From Acidobacteriota bacterium (GTDB taxonomy: Bacteria; Acidobacteriota; UBA6911; JACQSX01), in contig DASXQR010000003.1 in assembly GCA_036507075.1 (NCBI GenBank), positions 1-64,000 of the forward strand: 64,000 bases of DNA. The letters are read 5' to 3'. Each line of letters starts with the position of its first letter. Position 1 is the first letter of the stretch. The notes beneath the pieces are model-generated. The model worked only from the letters and a program-made list of their open reading frames with translations. It was not told the origin of the DNA and did no database searches. The translations under genes and the position numbers were made by a program. Below, piece by piece: positions 1 to 9,717 of this stretch.

Positions 1-121
1 TCCATCGTCGACCTCTCTGCCCAGGGCATCCTGTGATCTCCTCAAAGACCCCATTCTGCCCTGTTCAATTGTGTCAACGATGTTGTGAGGTTAAAGTGTC
101 AACGATGTTGTGAGGTTGTAC
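1..121 (-). mobile_element. Terminus of an IS481-family insertion sequence; the transposase starts at 29 (MPWAERSTM...) and runs off the window
   Basis: ATG at 29-27 encodes an MPW N-terminus typical of IS481 transposases, with a GAGGAG RBS upstream. Two exact 22-bp direct repeats GTGTCAACGATGTTGTGAGGTT (71-92, 96-117) resemble IS481 subterminal repeats. Confidence 0.7.
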
Positions 122-122
122 C

Positions 123-164
123 CTGACAACGGACAACTGACTACGGACAACTGAGCACGGACCA
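123..164. repeat. Degenerate heptamer tandem array (CTGACAA/CGGACAA)
   Basis: Six 7-nt units read directly from the sequence. Confidence 0.85.
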
Positions 165-167
165 ACT

Positions 168-956
168 TCATAATAACGCCCGCACGACGCCGCCATCTAC
201 GGCGATGGTCGTGCCGGTAATATAGGATGCGCGAGCCGAGCACAGGAATGCCACCAGAGCCGCCAGTTCTTCCGGCTCACCTATGCGCCTTGCCGGCGTG
301 TGCGCTTCCATTTCCCTGAAGATCGCTGCCCGATCTTTGCCTGCGGCATGAGCGCGTTTGTCGGCCAGTTCCACCAGCCTTTCGGTGCGCGTATAGCCGG
401 GACACACATTGTTGACCGTTATGTTATAGGCGGCAAGCTCGTTGGCCAATGATTTCGCCATGCCTATCACGGCGGGACGAAAGGCATTCGACAACACCAG
501 CCCGTCAATCGGTTGTTTGGCGGATACGGACGTAATGTTGACGATGCGGCCCCATCTGTTTTTTTTCATGTACGGAATCGTCTCGCGGCAGAAAATCACA
601 GCGCTCAATAGCGTGATGTGAAACGCGCGCTCCCAGTCGTCCGGTGTTGCATCCAGAAAGTTACCGGCGGGGGGGCCCCCGGCGTTGGTCACCAGGATTT
701 CAACATCGCCGAGCCCTGATGCGACACGTTTCACAAAGCTCGGAATGGAGTCGGTGCGGAGGACATCCAGTGGTTCAGCAAGCACGGGCACGCCCAGATT
801 CTTGAGCTCCTGCTCGGTCTTCTTCAAATCGTGTTCTCCCCGCGCGCATATTGCTATGGATGCTCCCTCCCTTGCCAGTTCCAGCGCCACGGCCTTTCCC
901 AGGCCCTTGCTGGAAGCCGCCACAATAGCCACCCTGTTCTTTATCCCCAGGTTCAT
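168..956 (-). CDS. SDR family oxidoreductase (3-oxoacyl-ACP reductase-like)
   Basis: Rossmann motif AASSKGLG, NAGG, NNVCPG, VDGG C-terminus. Confidence 0.85.
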   Translation of the reverse strand: MNLGIKNRVAIVAASSKGLGKAVALELAREGASIAICARGEHDLKKTEQELKNLGVPVLAEPLDVLRTDSIPSFVKRVASGLGDVEILVTNAGGPPAGNFLDATPDDWERAFHITLLSAVIFCRETIPYMKKNRWGRIVNITSVSAKQPIDGLVLSNAFRPAVIGMAKSLANELAAYNITVNNVCPGYTRTERLVELADKRAHAAGKDRAAIFREMEAHTPARRIGEPEELAALVAFLCSARASYITGTTIAVDGGVVRALL

Positions 957-971
957 TGGCGCCTCTCCACT

Positions 972-1421
972 TCACAGCAGACTCATTAATTCAAACATTT
1001 CATCATAATCGGCCGGCAGCTTTCGAATCATGGCCTGTCCAATCAACTGTCGCAGAAAAAAGGTGCGCAGGAAGCGCGGCAACAAACGACTGCGTTTGAT
1101 GCGCGAATGGGCATACGGATGTTTCACGTAGAAGATCAGAGCTTCCCGAAATGCATCATCGGGAAGATGGATGATGTTATGCAGCGATAATTCCTTCAAG
1201 ATCTTCCACTCGCTTCCGAAGAAGACCTTCTTGCTGTCCAGCCGTTGTTCAATGGCGTCGTGATTCAGCTTCTCGCCCTCGGCTTTCTTCCACATCAGTT
1301 CACGTGCCTGCTGGTAGGAGGTAATACCGGCTAGCACATTCTGTGCCGAAGCGTGGCACAGTTGAATATCAGGAAAGATTTGAAAAAACTCCCGGATCAT
1401 TTCCTTTTCGTTGCCAGCCAT
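972..1421 (-). CDS. Hypothetical protein (~149 aa)
   Basis: ORF fills the gap between ilvA and the SDR on the same strand with plausible composition; no motif recognised; ATG at 1421 chosen. Confidence 0.6.
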   Translation of the reverse strand: MAGNEKEMIREFFQIFPDIQLCHASAQNVLAGITSYQQARELMWKKAEGEKLNHDAIEQRLDSKKVFFGSEWKILKELSLHNIIHLPDDAFREALIFYVKHPYAHSRIKRSRLLPRFLRTFFLRQLIGQAMIRKLPADYDEMFELMSLL

Positions 1422-1437
1422 ACAAGCGTGAAAAGTC

Positions 1438-1532
1438 ACCGCGAAGGCGCGAAAGAAAAAATTGCCTTTACTTGGCTTTCACTTAAGTAGCCACGTAACG
1501 TCGCTCATTTCGCGCTTTCGCGCCTTCGCGGT
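1438..1532. repeat. Inverted-repeat cassette ACCGCGAAGGCGCGAAAG ... CTTTCGCGCCTTCGCGGT
   Basis: 18-bp perfect inverted repeat, 1438-1455 / 1515-1532. Confidence 0.85.
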
Positions 1533-1581
1533 TCGGGCTCTTTGATCGATTTCCAAGCCCTAAATTTATATTTCGTCCCGT

Positions 1582-2802
1582 CTAGATCGTGGCTGCGGGA
1601 TGATAACCCAGATTTTGAAGGTCCTGGAGAATCTCCTCGGCGTGCCGGCGGTTGCGGGTTTCCGCAATAATATCGATCTTTACATACCCGAGCGGCAGAT
1701 CGGGCGCCGTCCTGTTGTGCAGCACGTCGATGATATTCGCCTTCATGGCGGAAATCTCATCCACCAGCTTCTTGAGATTTCCGGGTGCATCGAGCACATT
1801 GACGGAAAACTGGAGAAATCTTCCAGATTTGGCCTGTCCGCGCGTGATGATAGTTGAAAGTGTCCGAAGGTCGATGTTCCCGCCGCTCAAGATTGCCACC
1901 ACTTGGCGGCCGTCTGAAGAAACGGGCACCTTTCCTGTCAGAAGGCCGGCCACTGCCGCGGCGCCTGCTCCTTCGCAAACCAGCTTTGTGCGTTCGAGCA
2001 GGTACAGGATGGCATCGGCGATTTCCGAGTCGGAAACCAGAATCATGTCGTCGACCATCTGCATAATGATTTCCAGGTTCAAATCCCCCGGTTTTTTTAT
2101 GGCGATACCCTCGGCAATCGTAGTTGCCGCCGTCCTTTCCACCGGCTCGCCTCGCTTGAAGGACTCAAACGCTGCCGGAGCGCTGTCGGCTTGAACGCCG
2201 ATGATTTTCACTGCCGGATTTAACTCCCTGGCTGCCAGAGCCACGCCCGAAATCAGACCGCCTCCCCCCACCGGGCACACGATGATTTCCGCATCCGGAC
2301 AGTCTTCAATTATTTCGAGGCCCACCGTGCCGGCACCGTAGATGATGTGCCAGTCATCGAAACCATGAATGTAGGTAAGCCGGTTCTGTTTCTGAAACTC
2401 TGTCGCTTCCCGGGAAGCGGCTTCAAAGGTATTACCTCTGAGCATTACCTGCGCGCCATAGTGGCGCGTTGCCTCGATCTTGGCCAGCGGCGTGCTTTCA
2501 GGCATAAAAACAAATGAAGGATACCCAAGCAAGTGTGCCGAGTGGGCAACCCCTTGGGCGTGGTTGCCCGCGGATGTCGTGACAACCCCGGCGCGCCCGC
2601 AATCAGGATCCAGTTGGGAAAGCTTGTTGAAGGCGCCGCGGATCTTAAATGAACCGGTGCGCTGAAAAATCTCCTGCTTCAAGCTCAGATTGCAGCCGGC
2701 CATCTGTGAGAGTGTGGTGTCGTGGATTTGCGGCGTTCTTTTTGCGATGTGGGAAATCCGTTGGCGCGCAGCGCGGATTTCAGCAAGATGGTTGCCGGGC
2801 AT
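1582..2802 (-). CDS. ilvA: Threonine ammonia-lyase with C-terminal ACT domain
   Basis: PLP-lysine motif TGSFKIRGA, SAGNHAQG, PVGGGGLISG, SGGNID, ACT-like C-terminus. Confidence 0.92.
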   Translation of the reverse strand: MPGNHLAEIRAARQRISHIAKRTPQIHDTTLSQMAGCNLSLKQEIFQRTGSFKIRGAFNKLSQLDPDCGRAGVVTTSAGNHAQGVAHSAHLLGYPSFVFMPESTPLAKIEATRHYGAQVMLRGNTFEAASREATEFQKQNRLTYIHGFDDWHIIYGAGTVGLEIIEDCPDAEIIVCPVGGGGLISGVALAARELNPAVKIIGVQADSAPAAFESFKRGEPVERTAATTIAEGIAIKKPGDLNLEIIMQMVDDMILVSDSEIADAILYLLERTKLVCEGAGAAAVAGLLTGKVPVSSDGRQVVAILSGGNIDLRTLSTIITRGQAKSGRFLQFSVNVLDAPGNLKKLVDEISAMKANIIDVLHNRTAPDLPLGYVKIDIIAETRNRRHAEEILQDLQNLGYHPAATI

Positions 2803-2820
2803 GGGAGCGAAGTCATGATA

Positions 2821-3312
2821 TCAAGGGTTATGAAGGGTTATGAAGGGGAATGAAGGGTTATGCAGGGGAATGAACCATCAGCAGAACCGCGCGCGTAAGC
2901 AAGCGGACCCGCGCAGTAACAATCACCGCCAAATCGACTCGAAGGGCCGCATCGAGGGTCCGCTTGCTTACCCGGATTATTCATAGACTGGACAACGAAC
3001 TGCGGCCCCAACCATGCCTGCAAGAGCGTGGTGCTTATATCTGCCGTCTGCCGATTCGTCATAGTGCTTTCACCGCAGAGTCGCCGAGATCGCCGAGGTC
3101 TCGCAGAGTTGCAGTCCAGCCTCTGCGAAATCTCAGCGTACTCTGCGCCTCGGCGGTGAATGCAATTGTGGTCGGCTTCCAGATATGTACTGGGGCGATA
3201 CGCCTACTTCTCGGTTTATGCATAATCCGGGCTTACGCGCGCGGTTCGGCTGGTGACTTCCTTCCCCTTCATAACCCTTCCTTCCCCTTCATAACCCTTC
3301 ATTTCCCTTCAT
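2821..3312. repeat. Nested repeat locus: decamer arms > REP-like palindrome > MITE > 9-mer hairpin
   Basis: TGAAGGGTTA/TGAAGGGGAA array 2821-2874 with its reverse complement 3257-3312; split palindrome 2883-2910 vs 2956-2970 plus 3236-3247. Confidence 0.85.
2971..3231. mobile_element. MITE (~261 bp) with terminal inverted repeats and a target-site duplication
   Basis: TIRs CCCGGATTATTCATA / TATGCATAATCCGGG, flanked by CTTA direct repeats (2967-2970, 3232-3235). Confidence 0.75.
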
Positions 3313-3360
3313 CCCAGGCTCCCCTGTTATAGAATTTCGTAACATTGGAGGCAGCCGCTT

Positions 3361-3954
3361 ATGGCCTTTAACAAAGAGCAGCTCCAGACGGGCGAAACAA
3401 TCGTAATCCAGACACATCCGCACATGGTCACCGTGTGGGCTCCACTGGTTTTGCTGTTTGTGGCGCTGATCGCCGCAAGCTGGATGGCCCAGCAGTGGGA
3501 GAGCTTCTGGTTTCTGCTGATTGCCGTTCCCTTTATCGTCTGGTTCTTGTGGAAATGGCTTTTGCGCGTGAGCAATGAATACATTGTGACCAGCAGTCGC
3601 GTAGTGAAGCAGCATGGCCTGTTTGTCCGGTCGACCCTGGATGCCCCGCTTGACAAGATCAACAACATCTTCCATGAGCAAAATTTCTTTCAAAGGATGA
3701 TTAATAACGGAAAAGTCGGGCTGGAAACCGCCAGCGAGCTGGGCATGGTGGAGTTTGCCAATGTGCCGCGCCCGCTCGCCTTCAAGAACGCCATCCTGTC
3801 GCAGCGCGAGCGCTACCGGTCAGGCTATTCTGCCCCGGCTGCATCGGACAGCCCCCTGTCCCGGCTCGAAAGGCTGGCCAAGCTCAAAGAACAGGGAGCG
3901 ATTACGGAAGAAGAGTTTCAGGCAAAGAAGAAAGCCCTGATGGGAGAGCTTTGA
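3361..3954 (+). CDS. Membrane protein with bacterial PH domain and C-terminal SHOCT domain
   Basis: Two TM helices; EYIVTSSRVV..GL..PLDKI (bPH_2-like); LERLAKLKEQGAITEEEFQAKKKALM (SHOCT). Confidence 0.85.
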   Translation: MAFNKEQLQTGETIVIQTHPHMVTVWAPLVLLFVALIAASWMAQQWESFWFLLIAVPFIVWFLWKWLLRVSNEYIVTSSRVVKQHGLFVRSTLDAPLDKINNIFHEQNFFQRMINNGKVGLETASELGMVEFANVPRPLAFKNAILSQRERYRSGYSAPAASDSPLSRLERLAKLKEQGAITEEEFQAKKKALMGEL

Positions 3955-4034
3955 GAAAATCTGCCGCAATGCCGCAAAGCCACAGAGATCAGGATAGGAA
4001 AAAGGGAACCTTGTGGCTTTGTGGCTGAGAACGC

Positions 4035-5165
4035 ATGTCAGACAACTTCGCCGCTCTGGTGTTGACCTGGTTTCGCACCCACAAACGCGACCTCCCCTGG
4101 CGCCGCAACCGCGATCCGTATCGCATCTGGGTTTCCGAAATCATGCTTCAGCAAACCCAGGTCAAGACGGTGGTGCCATACTTCGAGCGTTTTATCGCCA
4201 GATTTCCCGACATTGCTTCGCTGGCGCGAGCCGATGAAGCCGAAGTGGTGGCATACTGGTCGGGCCTGGGATACTATTCTCGCGCACGAAATCTTCACCG
4301 CGCCGCGCGGCTGATGTTGCAGAACGGCGGGCGGTTCCCGCAGAGATTCGACCAAATCCTTGACCTGCCCGGCATCGGCCGTTACACAGCCGGCGCCATC
4401 GCCAGTATTGCTTTTGGCACAGTTTGTCCTGTGGTGGACGGAAATGTGAGGCGTCTGCTGTCGCGCTATTACGGGCGGCCGCTCACACAAAGCGAGTGCT
4501 GGGAAAGAGCCGGGGACCTTTTGCCGCATCGACACACCGGCGATTACAACCAGGCCGTGATGGAAATCGGAGCCACCGTGTGCCGTACGGATCATCCGCT
4601 CTGCTGCCAATGCCCGCTCGAAAACAATTGCGCCAGCAGCGGCGGTCCCTTTCCTGCGCTGGGAAAGCAAGTGACGTCTGTCGCCGGATCAATGATCATG
4701 CTTGTGCTTTTCCGCCGCGGAAAGCTTTGGATTGAGCGGCGCGATTCTTCAGAACGGCTTTTGAAAAACTTGTGGTGCTTCCCTCTGGCGGCGGGCGACG
4801 GCTCTGTAGCAGAATTGCGCACCCGGCTGATGCGTCGGTATTCCCTCGAAAAGTTCAAAGACCATGGCAGCTTCAGGCACTCCATCATGCAATATCGCTT
4901 CCAAGTGCGCGTTTTTTCAGCGACTCCGTGGGAGCCTTTTCATCGTGACGGCTTGTGGGTATCCGAAGAAGAGCTCACTCAATACCCTCATTCTTCGCTG
5001 GTGGAAAAGACGCTGAAATGCCGGAGAGCGGAAAGCAGGAGGCAGGAGGCAGGAGGCGGAAGGCGGAAAGCGGAAGGCGGAAAGCGGAAGGTAGGAGGCG
5101 GGAGGCAGGAGGCAGAAGGTGGGAGGCAGGAGACAGGAGGTGGGAGGCAGAAAATCGTACATTAA
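4035..5165 (+). CDS. mutY: A/G-specific adenine glycosylase with a repeat-derived C-terminal tail
   Basis: RDLPWR, WVSEIMLQQT, GLGYYSRARNLH, HhH LPGIGRYTA, VDGNV, Fe-S motif Cx6Cx2Cx5C. Confidence 0.95.
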   Translation: MSDNFAALVLTWFRTHKRDLPWRRNRDPYRIWVSEIMLQQTQVKTVVPYFERFIARFPDIASLARADEAEVVAYWSGLGYYSRARNLHRAARLMLQNGGRFPQRFDQILDLPGIGRYTAGAIASIAFGTVCPVVDGNVRRLLSRYYGRPLTQSECWERAGDLLPHRHTGDYNQAVMEIGATVCRTDHPLCCQCPLENNCASSGGPFPALGKQVTSVAGSMIMLVLFRRGKLWIERRDSSERLLKNLWCFPLAAGDGSVAELRTRLMRRYSLEKFKDHGSFRHSIMQYRFQVRVFSATPWEPFHRDGLWVSEEELTQYPHSSLVEKTLKCRRAESRRQEAGGGRRKAEGGKRKVGGGRQEAEGGRQETGGGRQKIVH

Positions 5166-5244
5166 CAACGGGCAACGGACAACGGGCAACGGGCAACGGG
5201 CAACGGACAACGGACAACGGGCCACTGACCACTGACCACTGACT
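5028..5244. repeat. Two adjacent heptamer arrays (GGAGGCA/GGCGGAA, then ACAACGG/ACCACTG) between convergent mutY and typA
   Basis: Units read directly, ~5028-5151 and ~5165-5244. Confidence 0.9.
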
Positions 5245-7030
5245 ACCTTCGCTGATTCGATTTCAGGATTTTTTTTCGCAGCCGGATCGACTTTGGCGTG
5301 ACTTCAACCAGCTCATCGTCATTGATGAATTCAAGCGCTTGCTCGAGATTGAGGTTGCGACAGGGAATCAAGCGGATAGCCTCATCGGCTGTGGAGGCGC
5401 GCATATTGGTGAGCTTCTTTTCACGCACGATATTGACATCCAGATCGGCGGGGCGGGCATTTTCGCCCACGATCATCCCCTCGTAAACCGCTGTTCCCGG
5501 GCCGATAAACAATTCTCCACGCTCCTGCAGGTTGTACAAGGCGTAAGCGGTGCTTTGCCCCGGGCGGTCAGCCACCAGAACCCCGGTGGGCCTGGACGGC
5601 AGTTCTCCCTGCCACGGCATGTAGCCAAGGAATAGAGTGTTCATCACAGCGGTTCCGCGCGTGTCGGTCATCATCTCCGTTCGCAGTCCAATCAGCCCGC
5701 GGGAAGGAATTTCAAACTCGAGCCGCACTCTTCCGCTTCCATGGTTGATCATCCTCACCATTCGCGCTTTTCGCGCTCCAGTCTTTTCCATGATTACGCC
5801 CATGTAGGGTTCCGGACAATCCAGCACCAGCAACTCCTGCGGCTCGTGAACCGCTCCCTGGACATCCTTAAGAATGATTTCAGGCTTGCCCAAGTGGAGC
5901 TCGAATCCTTCGCGCCGCATCATTTCAATGAGAATGGCAAGCTGCAGCTCTCCCCGCCCCATTACTTTAAAAGATTCCGTTGTGTCGGTCGCCTCGATGC
6001 GGATGGAAACATTGGTGAGCAATTCCTTGTCCAAACGCTCCTTTAACTTCCGCGAGGTGACATGCTCTCCCTCCTGTCCTGCAAATGGAGAAGTGTTGAC
6101 CGAGAAAATCATCGCGATCGTCGGTTCATCTACCTGAATATGGGGAAGGGGCCGGGGGTTTTCGAAATCCGTGATGCTTTCGCCGATGGTTATTTCTTCC
6201 AGACCGGCCAGCGCCACAATGTCTCCTGCCTCCGCCTTTTCGATTTCGCGTCGTTTCAGTCCCTCAAAAGTGAAGATTTTGGCGATCTTGACGTCGTTCA
6301 GCTCGCCGTTCAGGCGCGATATCTTGTACTGCTGATTAACCTGGAGCGTGCCGTTGAAAATCCGTCCGATTGCCAGGCGCCCCAGATAGTCGCTGTAATC
6401 AAGATTGGAGGCAAGAAATTGCGCCGGCAAGGCAGGGTCGCCCGAAGCGGCGGGAAGGTGATTGAGGATCGCCTGAAACAATGGCTCCAGCAACTGGTCC
6501 TCCCCCTCGGGCTCTGTGCGCGAAACGCCGAGCTTGGCGTTGGTGTAGAGTATCGGGAATTCGAGCTGCTCCTCGGTGGCATCCAGATCGATGAACAGAT
6601 CGTAAATCTCATTGATTACTTCCTGGATGCGCGCATCAGGCCGATCGATCTTGTTGATAATTACCAGCAGCGGGAGCTTGCGTTCAAGCGCCTTTCGAAG
6701 CACGTAGCGCGTCTGCGGCAGCGGGCCTTCACTTGCGTCGACGAGCAGCATTGCTCCGTCGACGATCTCCAGGGTGCGTTCGACTTCTCCTCCGAAGTCA
6801 CTGTGACCGGGCGTGTCGACAATATTTATTTTCGTGCCGTTGTAAAAAATGGCCAGGTTCTTGGCCATGATGGTGATGCCGCGCTCCCGTTCGAGATCGA
6901 TGGAATCCATGATCCGTTCGCGCACGGCCTCATTGTTCCGGAAAACCCCGCTTTGCCTGAGCATGGCGTCCACCAGAGTCGTCTTGCCGTGATCGACGTG
7001 GGCGATGATGGCGATATTGCGGATCTGCAT
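5243..7030 (-). CDS. typA: Translational GTPase TypA/BipA
   Basis: [60 protein letters not shown]. Confidence 0.97.
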   Translation of the reverse strand: MQIRNIAIIAHVDHGKTTLVDAMLRQSGVFRNNEAVRERIMDSIDLERERGITIMAKNLAIFYNGTKINIVDTPGHSDFGGEVERTLEIVDGAMLLVDASEGPLPQTRYVLRKALERKLPLLVIINKIDRPDARIQEVINEIYDLFIDLDATEEQLEFPILYTNAKLGVSRTEPEGEDQLLEPLFQAILNHLPAASGDPALPAQFLASNLDYSDYLGRLAIGRIFNGTLQVNQQYKISRLNGELNDVKIAKIFTFEGLKRREIEKAEAGDIVALAGLEEITIGESITDFENPRPLPHIQVDEPTIAMIFSVNTSPFAGQEGEHVTSRKLKERLDKELLTNVSIRIEATDTTESFKVMGRGELQLAILIEMMRREGFELHLGKPEIILKDVQGAVHEPQELLVLDCPEPYMGVIMEKTGARKARMVRMINHGSGRVRLEFEIPSRGLIGLRTEMMTDTRGTAVMNTLFLGYMPWQGELPSRPTGVLVADRPGQSTAYALYNLQERGELFIGPGTAVYEGMIVGENARPADLDVNIVREKKLTNMRASTADEAIRLIPCRNLNLEQALEFINDDELVEVTPKSIRLRKKILKSNQRR

Positions 7031-7294
7031 AAGCCTTCGGTTCAGATCAAAAAAATAATCTATTTTATCTGAAGGTTTGAGTATAAAGAAGTGTTACATC
7101 GAGGATCCGCTTGCTTTACGCGCCCGGCGCGGACTTGCTGCCTTGTGATATTTTGATAACACGGCGGCCTGGGGGCGCTTCGGAGCCGGCCGCGTTGACT
7201 GCAACTGGTTGACTCTTCCGGCTTGGTGTCTTGGTGGTTCAAAGAAAACTCAACCACAAAGGCACCAAGACACAAAGAAGGCGCAGGTATAAAG

Positions 7295-8671
7295 ATGAGC
7301 TCTGCAATTTTCGTATCTAGGTGGTTGCTGCTGTCCTGGATGGTGGTTCTCTTGACTTCCACGGGCGGCACAGCGCAGTCCAAGTCTCCGAGAACGCCCA
7401 ACGTCATCTTTATTCTTGCCGACGATCTCGGATATGGCGATTTGAGCAGCTATGGGCAGAAGAAATTTTCCACTCCGAACATCGATCGTTTGGCTGCTGA
7501 AGGGATGCGCTTCACGCAGTTTTATGCTGGCAGCACAGTATGCGCGCCATCTCGCTGCGCGTTGATGACAGGCCTGCATACGGGACACTGCCGTGTGCGC
7601 GGCAATGCCCCGGGTGGAGGTGTGCCGCTTCTTCCGGAGGATGTAACGGTAGCGGAGGTGTTAAAGCAGGCGGGCTATCGTACGGCTGCGTACGGTAAGT
7701 GGGGCCTGGGGCTGGCCGATACCAGCGGCGCCCCGACCAGACAGGGGTTCGATGAATGGTTCGGTTACCTGGACCAGACGCACGCTCACTTCTACTACAC
7801 CGACCATCTGTGGAAGAATCTGGACAAGGTTGCCGTCGACAAGAGCCAGTACACTCACGATTTATTTGCCCGGTCGGCGCTGCGATTCGTCGAGTCCAGT
7901 AAAGACAAACCCTTCTTTCTTTACCTTGCGTTTACCATCCCTCATGCTTCGCTGCAGGTCCCTGAAGACTCGCTTGCCCGGTATCGGGGCAAATACCCCG
8001 AGACTCCATTTCCCGAACAGCATTACACGGCGCAGCCAACGCCAAATGCGGCAGTGGCGGCGATGATCGATCGGATGGATTCCGATGTGGGAAGGCTGAT
8101 GGAACTTTTAAAGACGCTGGGAATCGACCGCAACACCGTTGTCTTTTTCAGCAGCGACAACGGCCCGCACAAAGAGGGAGGGCGCGATCCGGAATTCTTT
8201 CAAAGCTCCGGACCGCTGCGGGGAATCAAGCGGGATCTTTATGAAGGCGGCATTCGAGTCCCGATGATCGTTCGCTGGCCGGCAAAGATCAAACCCGGTT
8301 CGGTCAGCGATTTCGCAGGGGCGTTTTGGGATTTCCTGCCGACGGCGGCGGAAATTTCAGGCAGGCAATCTCCCAAAAAGCTGGACGGCATCTCGATTCT
8401 GCCTGTTCTTCTGGGGAAGACTCGAAAGCCCCATCCGCATCTTTACTGGGAGTTTCATGAGAAAGGGTTCCACCAGGCCATTCGCATGGGGAACTGGAAG
8501 GCTGTGCGTCACGGTCCGGGCAAACCGCTGGAGCTGTACGACCTGGTCAAGGACCTTGCGGAAAGAAATGATGTCGCCGATCGCCATCCGGATGTAGTGG
8601 CGAAGATGGAAAGCATTTTGCTGAACGTCCGAACCGAATCGGATCGTTTTCCGGTGCCCGTCGTGAAGTAA
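7295..8671 (+). CDS. Arylsulfatase (formylglycine-dependent, secreted)
   Basis: Signal peptide; PNVIFILADDLGYGD, CAPSR, SSDNG, K..LYEGGIRVP; ATG at 7295 chosen because the longer ORF start lies in a repeat. Confidence 0.92.
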   Translation: MSSAIFVSRWLLLSWMVVLLTSTGGTAQSKSPRTPNVIFILADDLGYGDLSSYGQKKFSTPNIDRLAAEGMRFTQFYAGSTVCAPSRCALMTGLHTGHCRVRGNAPGGGVPLLPEDVTVAEVLKQAGYRTAAYGKWGLGLADTSGAPTRQGFDEWFGYLDQTHAHFYYTDHLWKNLDKVAVDKSQYTHDLFARSALRFVESSKDKPFFLYLAFTIPHASLQVPEDSLARYRGKYPETPFPEQHYTAQPTPNAAVAAMIDRMDSDVGRLMELLKTLGIDRNTVVFFSSDNGPHKEGGRDPEFFQSSGPLRGIKRDLYEGGIRVPMIVRWPAKIKPGSVSDFAGAFWDFLPTAAEISGRQSPKKLDGISILPVLLGKTRKPHPHLYWEFHEKGFHQAIRMGNWKAVRHGPGKPLELYDLVKDLAERNDVADRHPDVVAKMESILLNVRTESDRFPVPVVK

Positions 8672-8673
8672 TA

Positions 8674-9717
8674 TCAACCACCAAGGCACCAAGCCATGTT
8701 GGTGGGCTTGGTGCCTTGGTGGTTAATCAAATTTCTGCCGCACCAGGCCTCTTGAACCACCGGTCCCCACCGATTCAAATCGAACTGCGTAACCAGGGAT
8801 AAACCTCCTTCTACGCAGCTCTCTGCTGTGTGCTGATCATCGAGCAGGCTGCGAATCGCCGTACACCACTGCTCATCCGTCGCTGCCGGAAGCGCGCCGC
8901 CGCTCTCAATGATCTGCCGCTGCGTCCCCACGGCAGAGGCGACGGACGGAACCCGGCAGGCAAGATACTGCAGCAGACGCAGCCCGCACTTGCCTCGAGT
9001 CCACCGATCATCCGGCAGCGGCGCCAGGCCGACACTCACCTGGCTCAGGTCTTGAACCTCCGTTTCAGAGTTCCAGGGTTTCCATTCGGTTCTAATTTCA
9101 GGCAAATCAGGCGGGCAATCACAGATCACTCGCAGTCTCAAATCAGGATAAGTCTTCGCCAGCCGATGTAAAACGTTTCGCAGGCGGTAGAGGTAGGGAA
9201 GTGTCGAATGGCAGCCAATCCAGCCAAGAAGACGAAGACGAACGCTGCCGGACGCGAATTGCACCGGATACTTTTTCAGATCAAGCGTGGTTGGCACGAT
9301 CACCACGTGATCGCGTGCGGTGTGTCGCGAAGCCAGATCTGCCAGATAAGCATTTCCGGCAGTCACGGTATGACAGCACCTCACGAGCTTTTTGAAACGC
9401 AGCCATCGATCAAGCAACAGCCGCGGTGTCCGGCGCGCCGAATCGGAGAAGATCACCGCATCGTCGAAGTCAAACACCATCCGGCCGGCGCGACTGGCCA
9501 GTTCACGAATAATGGCGGCAGATGGCAGCCGGCGCTGCAACACGACCACGTCGTTTGCAGTGATGGAGCGCGCGACAAGTTTTTGTGCGTGCCTCTCCCG
9601 CGGCCAGACAACGGTCTTCAACTGGCAGCCTTGCGCGAAAAAAAACGGCTGGTATTGCGTAATCCTGTAGCGCGTAGGCGCCTCCTCCATGTTTTGCGTT
9701 AGAGCCACGATTCTCAT
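8674..9717 (-). CDS. Glycosyltransferase, GT4-like
   Basis: VVLQRR, VFDFDDAV, GWIG, GKCGLRLLQY motifs; ATGA overlap with the waaA stop. Confidence 0.82.
   Translation of the reverse strand: MRIVALTQNMEEAPTRYRITQYQPFFFAQGCQLKTVVWPRERHAQKLVARSITANDVVVLQRRLPSAAIIRELASRAGRMVFDFDDAVIFSDSARRTPRLLLDRWLRFKKLVRCCHTVTAGNAYLADLASRHTARDHVVIVPTTLDLKKYPVQFASGSVRLRLLGWIGCHSTLPYLYRLRNVLHRLAKTYPDLRLRVICDCPPDLPEIRTEWKPWNSETEVQDLSQVSVGLAPLPDDRWTRGKCGLRLLQYLACRVPSVASAVGTQRQIIESGGALPAATDEQWCTAIRSLLDDQHTAESCVEGGLSLVTQFDLNRWGPVVQEAWCGRNLINHQGTKPTNMAWCLGG
8676..8724. repeat. Perfect 20-bp hairpin of the 9-mer repeat family; possible bidirectional terminator
   Basis: AACCACCAAGGCACCAAGCC (8676-8695) / GGCTTGGTGCCTTGGTGGTT (8705-8724) at a convergent gene junction. 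Confidence 0.8.

Noticed and set aside
71..117. 22-bp direct repeats as a CRISPR array
   Set aside because: Only two copies 3 nt apart, no spacers and no cas genes; they fit IS481-type subterminal repeats.
4917..5242. Short ORFs with CPL/TGNGQR/LLPPAS repeats
   Set aside because: Heptamer-array translation artefacts.
6062..7072. 336-aa plus-strand ORF
   Set aside because: Antisense shadow of typA with no recognisable motifs.
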